A stretch of 64,000 nt of DNA from the NCBI GenBank assembly GCA_973895155.1, contig OZ316895.1, positions 23,510,558 through 23,574,557 of the forward strand, in the 5' to 3' direction. Both the position numbers and the translations under genes were made by a program. The first letter of the stretch is position 1. Every line of letters begins with the position of its first letter. The notes beneath the pieces are model-generated. The model was not told the origin of the DNA. It did not search any database and saw only the letters and a list, made by a program, of their open reading frames with translations. Positions 56,602 through 64,000 of this stretch are shown here, in pieces. Source of the stretch: Marsupella aquatica (lineage: Eukaryota; Plantae; Marchantiophyta).

Positions 56602-58671
56602 TACTGCTAGATAGCGATCGGTCTTTCAAGACATATCAATTACCGTTTATTCGAGAAGCTAAGCATTGAAGCCAAGACGTTCTAAAGGGAAGATCAACAA
56701 GTCAATCAAATATATTAAGGTTGAAAAACGACGAAGATGTCACTCATGAACTACTCAAGAGCAGATAACACGACAATCGCTTGATACAGATCATCTCTAG
56801 TGAGAACCCGGGGCACGGCAAGAGATAACACGACAATCACTTGATACAGATCATCTTGAGTGAGAACACGGGGCACGAAATAGAACACTGAAGCCGGGAC
56901 TGACGCACGATATAAATCTCTCTACCATTTGTTGAGTGAAATACCCACTGCTGATTTTGTCTGCTTGGACAAACCGGAAATGGCGGGACTCCAGGAATCT
57001 ACTAGGCCGATCTGGCGATCTGCTGTGTGTTCGCAATAATTAAGCACGGAAGGGGACTAAATGGGTTGAATAATGTGGCCGCCAGCAGCCAGCCACCCTG
57101 GCGGCGTAATGTCTGTAGTATGCAGGTCATAAGAAATAATGTGGAATCTACTGTACTGTAGATGTACCATATGTCTGCCGACGAAACCAGATGATAACTC
57201 AGTCATGTAAAGTACTCCCCACAGCATTTCTAAAACCATGCCTAATTCGTTGTTTGTTTCGTTGAAATGCTGAGCCACGTACAGTGATCTGTCCACACGT
57301 ATAGGTGGAATGACTGTGTTCAACATGCGATGTAAGTCATAATTACTGGACCCGCGCCGCTGAGTTGTAACTTGCGATCGATTGAAATGCGGCCAAGTGT
57401 CCCTTTTATCTTTTTAACTTTCTTCCGAGAGAGGTTACTTTCCGAAATTAACGAGTCACAGCAAGTTCAACAAGTGATGCATTTACAAGTGCTAGAGATT
57501 AGTGTATACTTTCGTCTGACAATAAACTACTGACTGTGTTTCCCCTTCAACTGTCATCGATGTTACCGATCAAACGTGACCGGGATGGCAACTACGATGT
57601 TGAAAACAGACGTTGCCAATTGACCAGTTTTCTTATTTCAAGGGTTTAAGCTTTGAAAGAAACGCTAGTTTTTCTCTTGTTTCAACGGTAGGCGATATTC
57701 CTTGTTAACCATAAAATTACTTTGCAATCCCGAGAGAATTCATTCCTTAATCTTCAGGTACACGTAGGATAGACATACTGTAGGGCTACCGACGAAGCCA
57801 GATGATAAAGTCCTACAGTCAGTATAAAAAAGCGCAGCATTTCTAAAGCCATATCTAATTTCGTTATATGTTTCCTTGAGATGGTAAGCCACTTACGGTG
57901 ATCTGTCCACACGGATGGGTGGAATGACTGTGACACAGAGTTCAACTTGCGACGTTAGTGATAAAATACTGTACCCCTACGCGCCATGTGTTCTTGAGAT
58001 GGATTGGAATGTGACGAAGCGTACATTTGCATGTTTCCGATCCGTCCTACTAACAGGGCAGCTGAGTAGTCTCGCTGAGATCCCGGCTGAGATCGCCTTG
58101 CTATTTAATGCAGGTGGAGGGAGAGGGCGATCGAACGCGCGAATGTGCTCCAAGAAATTTAGCTACCAAGGAGATTGATAAATCAACGATGGAGACCAAA
58201 TTTTAGAAGCAGAAAAGGTGCCATAAATATGATGCCATACAGTTTGGACAAAACATCATGTAATTAAACCAACGACCATGTAGTTGATTGCAAGCAGATT
58301 CAACCCTGACAAAATTGGTTGAGATGCGGGAATGGTTCCACGACAGCTTCCAGAATTCAGACATCCTTCTTCAAGAGAAAGGAAATCTACACCTCAACCA
58401 TTGAGTGGAAGCAGACGTCACGCTATTTGCTTAGCGTTCGAGTTAGACATTCGCAGGAAATTATAGATCAGGAATTTATAGATCTTAGTCAAAGGGCAGC
58501 TAAAATCCGAGGAAGCATCATCCAAAGAAGGATCTTCGAACATGATACCGTGGGAAAACTAGATTCAAAGAATCATTTCGTACTACTACATTTGGAGCCC
58601 AGTAATTATCAAAATACTGGCAGGTCCCGAATGTGGAATTGAAATGGTTCAAAACAGGTCCTTCCGAAACA

Positions 58672-59952
58672 TCAGATCCTTCCGGTCGTAGCATGATCAA
58701 GACCTTCTAGACCGTCATAAAACTTAGTCTTCAGCATGTCGAAGTGTTCCTTGAAAATATTCTCCGCTTCCTCTTGCAGTTTAGTTGCTGCAAACTTCCG
58801 AGAGAGTTTGAGCATCTGTGGCACATTATTTACACTTAATCGTCTGCAAAGCTCAGCCTCACAAAACTCCTTCAGAAACCCAATTTCCAGATTATGTGCA
58901 ACTTTCAAGACCTCATCAGGAGGCACTAGTTTCGAGAAAGTCATTTCCCCACGATGGCAAAACGTCAGTATTTGATCGAGTATTGGCACCGTCACAGTCC
59001 CAAGAAGATCCAGTAATGGTTGCTCTAAAATTTGACTTGCGCGTAGCATCATCCGGACGACTGGCGATTTTGCAGCCTGTACATGTAACAAGGCATAACA
59101 TCAATTACGAACGGAGTACATATCGACGACATAACCTTAATTTACCTAGTATCTGCTTAGACGTCCTCCCAGCTGGCTTCCAACATTTATTTCGACTCTT
59201 AGATTCGACAATCAAGGAAACCAATTCAAATTGAAACTGACTTCCTACGCAATGTCCTCCAAGAACCACTCACAAATCACCCCATGAACTTTGGAGAAGA
59301 GAATGTAGCATGCATGGTGTTAAAATCAAGAAAAAATTTAGAGGTCGATCCCCACCGTCATGAGGTGTTTCGTTTAGAAGGAAACAGAAGCTGACGTGAT
59401 ATCAGCCAATTGAATTGCAAGTATGGAGTACGAATTTCTCACCAGGACAGACACCAGGACAGATAACTCTGCACCTAGACGTGGAGGTATCTTGAGGCCA
59501 GTCCTGGCCGCTTGCAGTTGCCACACATGCACAGGCGGGGGGTGCAGTTTTAAAAATTGCACTATATTCCGCTGGCTGTCGTTCTGAGCCTTCAGCCTGT
59601 TAACCTGCGACAGTAATTGTTCGTACTCCGTCTGCTTGTGCACCAAGGCAATCGATCCCTCCGATAGCAATTGCTCGTACTTGGCCTTGTTGTTCATCAA
59701 GGCAAGCGAACTCTGGGCTGTTATCCTGGACAGTTCAGTTTCGTGACTCTCCTTCCCGCTTTCTTCCGACTTTGCAAATGCAGCCCGCAGAGACGTCAAT
59801 TCCATTTGAAGGGCCATAACTTCTTCCTCATGACGCCGTTGACAACTGGAGCAGCCCGAGATTTCCAACCGGTGAGAGCCGTTTTCCCAACTACGAACTA
59901 CTTCCTTCTGATCAACCTCCAGACAGTATTTACAGTACCGTTCTGCATTCAT
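58672..59952 (-). CDS. Cys-motif/coiled-coil/BTB-POZ (BACK-like tail) protein, copy 2 (intact, 304 aa)
   Basis: Exons 59443-59952 and 58672-59076 are in phase. VL|AAKSPV..M, ILTFCHRGE, VLKVAHNLEIGFLKEFCE..L..NNV are BTB-type motifs. Confidence 0.82.
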
Positions 59953-62448
59953 CACTTCTAGATACTGGTCACAATTTACAATGTGTGGGCGTGATCGAGA
60001 TGGATATAGCTACCAAAGTAAGCGTTCTAGAGGAAGATCAAGATGTTGGCGAATTCCTCAACAGGAGAAACCACGACAATCACTTTATATCTATCATCTG
60101 GAGAGAGAACTCCAGGCAAGCGGTAGAACACAGGGGGACGTACCGCTCATTTTTGCACTTCGACAAACCTGATCGAAAAACGGCAAGACGGATTCAAGGA
60201 ATCTAGCAGATCTGCTGCATGTTCATAATGATTACGGTGCTTTCATTCGTGTACAGGAGGCCATGCCCTTGGCGGCCCAATGGCTACCAGAATTATAACC
60301 ACTCCTCTACAATCCCGAGGCAATTTATTCCTTTATTATCTTTGCTCGTGGTAAAGACGTACTGTAGAGCGAAGAAGTACTCTGGGTAGGGTTCCATCGG
60401 CCCTCATACTACACTTTGAGGGTTTCTCGTAAATCTTCATATTTCTGGGAGTCTGTGGGAGCCGTATTCCATCTGTCCTCATACTACACTTTGAGAGTTT
60501 CTTGTAGACCTTCATATTTCTGGGAACTTGTGGGAGAAGTATACCCTTCCTGAATTTTTATGAGACATTATTACTGCCACTGAACTATTGGGCCAGTTGG
60601 AACTGGGACTTCTGAAATTTGAATGAGAAATATAATAAATGTAAATGATAGACAAGTGAATGCTTTGTAAAAATTCACTCAAGCTTTACACTTTGTAACT
60701 GATCTTCACTTGGGGATAATGGCAATAACCCCCTTGGGGATGGGTTACCCTACACATTATTTGTTTGCAGGCAACCCTCTGGTTTGAAAATTGTCTAAAA
60801 TGAGAGCAGATGGCTTGCAACCCATAAGGTTTGTTTCAAATTCCAATCGGCTCTCAAGTTCTAGTTTGGTGTACACAGTGAAGTATTCTTTAGAGGCACT
60901 ACGGGATGTAATGCACTGCAAACAAGAAGTTTTACCTCAAATTTTGAGAAGTTATTATGTTGAGCATAGACAATTATCGAAACGACAAGTTTATGAACCA
61001 TGAATTTTCACTATCAAAACAAATATCACTTGGGATATAGAGTGTATAGCCTAGTTAACCTACTCTAGTTTCCAACTAGATAAATTAACTCTAACTACGG
61101 TTAGGGCCCGTCACCTTAGACTAAAAGTAAAAGCCTAATATACTATTGCCCATGATGTTCCAAAAACAGGCCCTAAGTGCACTTGAGGTACTGAATTATT
61201 TATTTATTTTAACTTTGGTATAACAAAAAATCCTAAAGAGGCTAATCTTGAATGGGCATTATGTTCCAAATGAATGCTCTCAAGTATACAAAATGAAAAA
61301 TCACTAAAGGCATTAAGTTTAGAATAGTATGAAATAGCCTTCTTTGACAAGCTAAATTTGTTAATACTCTATTCAAGATAGAAGAAAATTTACATAGAAT
61401 AATCTTTATTGATGACTAAGTTAGAATAACTAAGTAATAGAACAGACCACCTGCAGTAGGTATATGCTCACTGAATTGAATATGGCCGTCATTTGTGTTG
61501 AGTCCGCCAAACAAGGGGCGAAGTTTCTGTCAGATCACATCAAAACCTGTCCCCCGGTAAGTTGTCTTAAATCGTAAAATGAGGCTAATGAAGATCGCTA
61601 ATCTAATCCCCACGAGCAGCAGTTCTCGTAAAGGATGCGGCATTGTCGAAATACTCATCTCTGTGCATTTATTCATGAGAACTCTCAGTGTATCACGGTC
61701 TGTCCCAGCTGACCTCGAGTTACCGGCCCTCAAGACATCTGAAAAGATGCTATGATCAACTGGAATTTCGTTCGCTATATTGCCATGGATTCCTCAAGAG
61801 TATACATTCGCCCATCCCAAATTAGTGTAATTTAGTTGAACTCAATAGTCGCCAGCTCCTGGAAACAATTTCAAGGGTGTAACCATTGGACAGTATCACG
61901 ATAGGATAACAGTACTGTAACCAAACAAATTTAAATTCTTACGAGGAGACGCTGTACTATGCAACCAAAGTAAATCGGAATTTTTGGAATGGAGATACAC
62001 GCAAACAAATATTTCATGAGAGACCTACAGTAGCTACTTCGAATCCGTAGAGAGGACCTGTTATTGTGTCAAAGAAATTAACTGCCCAAGAACACGTAAA
62101 TAATGCCAAACTTGACACAACGGTAATGCAATTAAATCAAAGACCATACAGTTGATTATGCAGACAGAACTTAGAAGTTCCTGCTTCAGACAAGGACAAT
62201 CTCCGCCTCGACCTTGAAGAGTAAGCAGACATGATCGACGCTGATTTGTTCAGCGTTCAAGTAAGACACTCTCAGGAATTTAAATACAGATTAGACTGAT
62301 TGTTCCTAGTCAGCGATCGTCGCTAAAATCAGGGGTCCAAGCATCAGCCAAAGGCACTTCCAATAAAATCCGCGAGAAAGTGGATGAGAACGATAATTCC
62401 GAACTACATAAAATGGAGGCCAATCAACTTGTCTAAATCCTGAGTTGT

Positions 62449-63562
62449 TCATTGTGGAGCCGAATGTCGAGCTGAAATGGTACCATCAAGTCCTTCTGAA
62501 ACATCATCCGGTCCTCGTGAACGATCATCACCTCCTTCCGAGCCATAACTATCAAGTCCTTCCAAACCATCAAAAACTTTAGTCTTTAGTATGTCGAAGT
62601 GCTTCCTGAAGAGCTTCTCGGCTTCCTCTTGAAGTTTGGTTGCTGCAAATGTCCGAGCGAGTTTGAGCATTTGCGGCACATTATCTACTTTTAATCGTCG
62701 GCAAAGTTCAGTCTCACAAAACTCCTTCAGAAACCCAATGTCCAAAGCATGTGCAACTCTGAGGACCTCATCAGGACGTACAAGTTCCGAGAAAGCTATT
62801 TCCCCAGAATGACAAAAACACGTTATTTCTTTGAAGGCCGGGCTTGTCCGCATTATCTCCTGGATTGGTTTCAGCAGAGATAGATCTTCCGTTAGTGCCT
62901 TTTGCAATATATGCTGGTGATTTTGCAGCCTGTACATGTGAGAAGCCATATTGTTAACTAGCAGAACACAGACCAATGAGATGAGATGTCCTATACAGAC
63001 ATTTGGTCCAACGTCCTGCTGGTATCCAACATTGATTTCGCATTTCAAGGATTTGATTTTATGGAATGGTGCTCAACTCAAAACAACATTTTCAAGGTCC
63101 ACACCGGCATTGTGAGGACAAGGGAACGGAAGTTCACGAGATGTAATCAAGCCACTTCAACTCTAGCAAGGAGCACAAATTCCTCACCACGACAGACAAC
63201 TCTGCACCTGCATATACAGGCACATGAAAGCCGTTCACCGTTCGCACTACCAACTCAGGCAGGGACTCGGGGCTCAGTTTCAAAAATTGCACCATACTTC
63301 GCTGGCTATTGTTTTCAGCCTTCAGCTTGTTAAGCTCCGACAGTAATTGCTCGTACTCTGCCGTCTTGTTTGTCAAGGCCAGCGAACTCTCGGCTGTTAT
63401 CCTGGACAGTTCAGCTTGAAGTGCCGTAACTTGTTTCTCATGGCGGTATTGACAAGAGTAGCAGCCCGATATATCCAAACGTTATTGAGCGCCAATTACC
63501 CAACTACGAACGACTTCCGTCGAATCGGCCTCCAAACAGTACCTACAATACTGTTTTAACAT
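62449..63562 (-). pseudogene. Cys-motif/coiled-coil/BTB-POZ gene, copy 3 (disrupted)
   Basis: Exons 63188-63562 and 62449-62929. In-frame TAA near 63483 and a +1 frameshift at the start of exon 2. Confidence 0.75.
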
Positions 63563-64000
63563 CACTGCCAGCTAGTGATCACCCGTCAAAATATATATCT
63601 TACAGTCTGTTCCAGAAGCTGAGCATCGACGCTTAGAAGCTACCTAGCTAGTACCAACAGTGAACGCTCTAGACGAAGATCAAGATGTCGATCAATGAAG
63701 GCTAGGTATTCGATGACATCTTTCAAGGCCAAAACATAAAATATCGTTGACACACTGCTCGACAGGAGATCAAACGACAATCACCGGAAACCGATCGTCT
63801 CGAGAGAGAACTCGAGGCACGCAGTACGACGTTGACGGGCAACGTTGATCTCAGTACCATTAGTTCAATGAAGTAGCCACTGGGTCAGCTTGTTTTCCTG
63901 CTTGCATGGGCAAGTCTCCAATGGCGGGAATCAAGGTATCTACCGGGCCGTTCTCTCTGTGTTTGTAATAACTAAGCACGGAAGGGGAATTTACAGTGAA

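Overview
Eukaryotic land-plant nuclear DNA: intron-containing genes and a TTTAGGG motif. A bryophyte/liverwort-like origin is my inference, not proven. Host genes are chloroplast GAPDH subunit A, an intronless bacterial-looking SnoaL/NTF2-fold gene, a YY1-like C2H2 zinc-finger gene, signal peptide peptidase, and three tandem coiled-coil/BTB genes (two disrupted). The highlights are two full-length transposons that each carry a chromatin methyltransferase. (1) A 10.3-kb Ty3/Gypsy retrotransposon (6902-17174, TSD AATG) has a DNMT3-like C5 cytosine methyltransferase between protease and RT and a PHD finger after integrase. It also has a candidate self-priming PBS and a split terminal repeat layout (B-internal-A-B-A) instead of two normal LTRs. 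(2) A 10.9-kb CACTA DNA transposon (34939-45833, TSD TTC) has an apparently intact TnpD transposase and an intact SET-domain ORF, and both can be spliced in frame to the same first exon. All calls were made by eye from motifs; no database searches were run.
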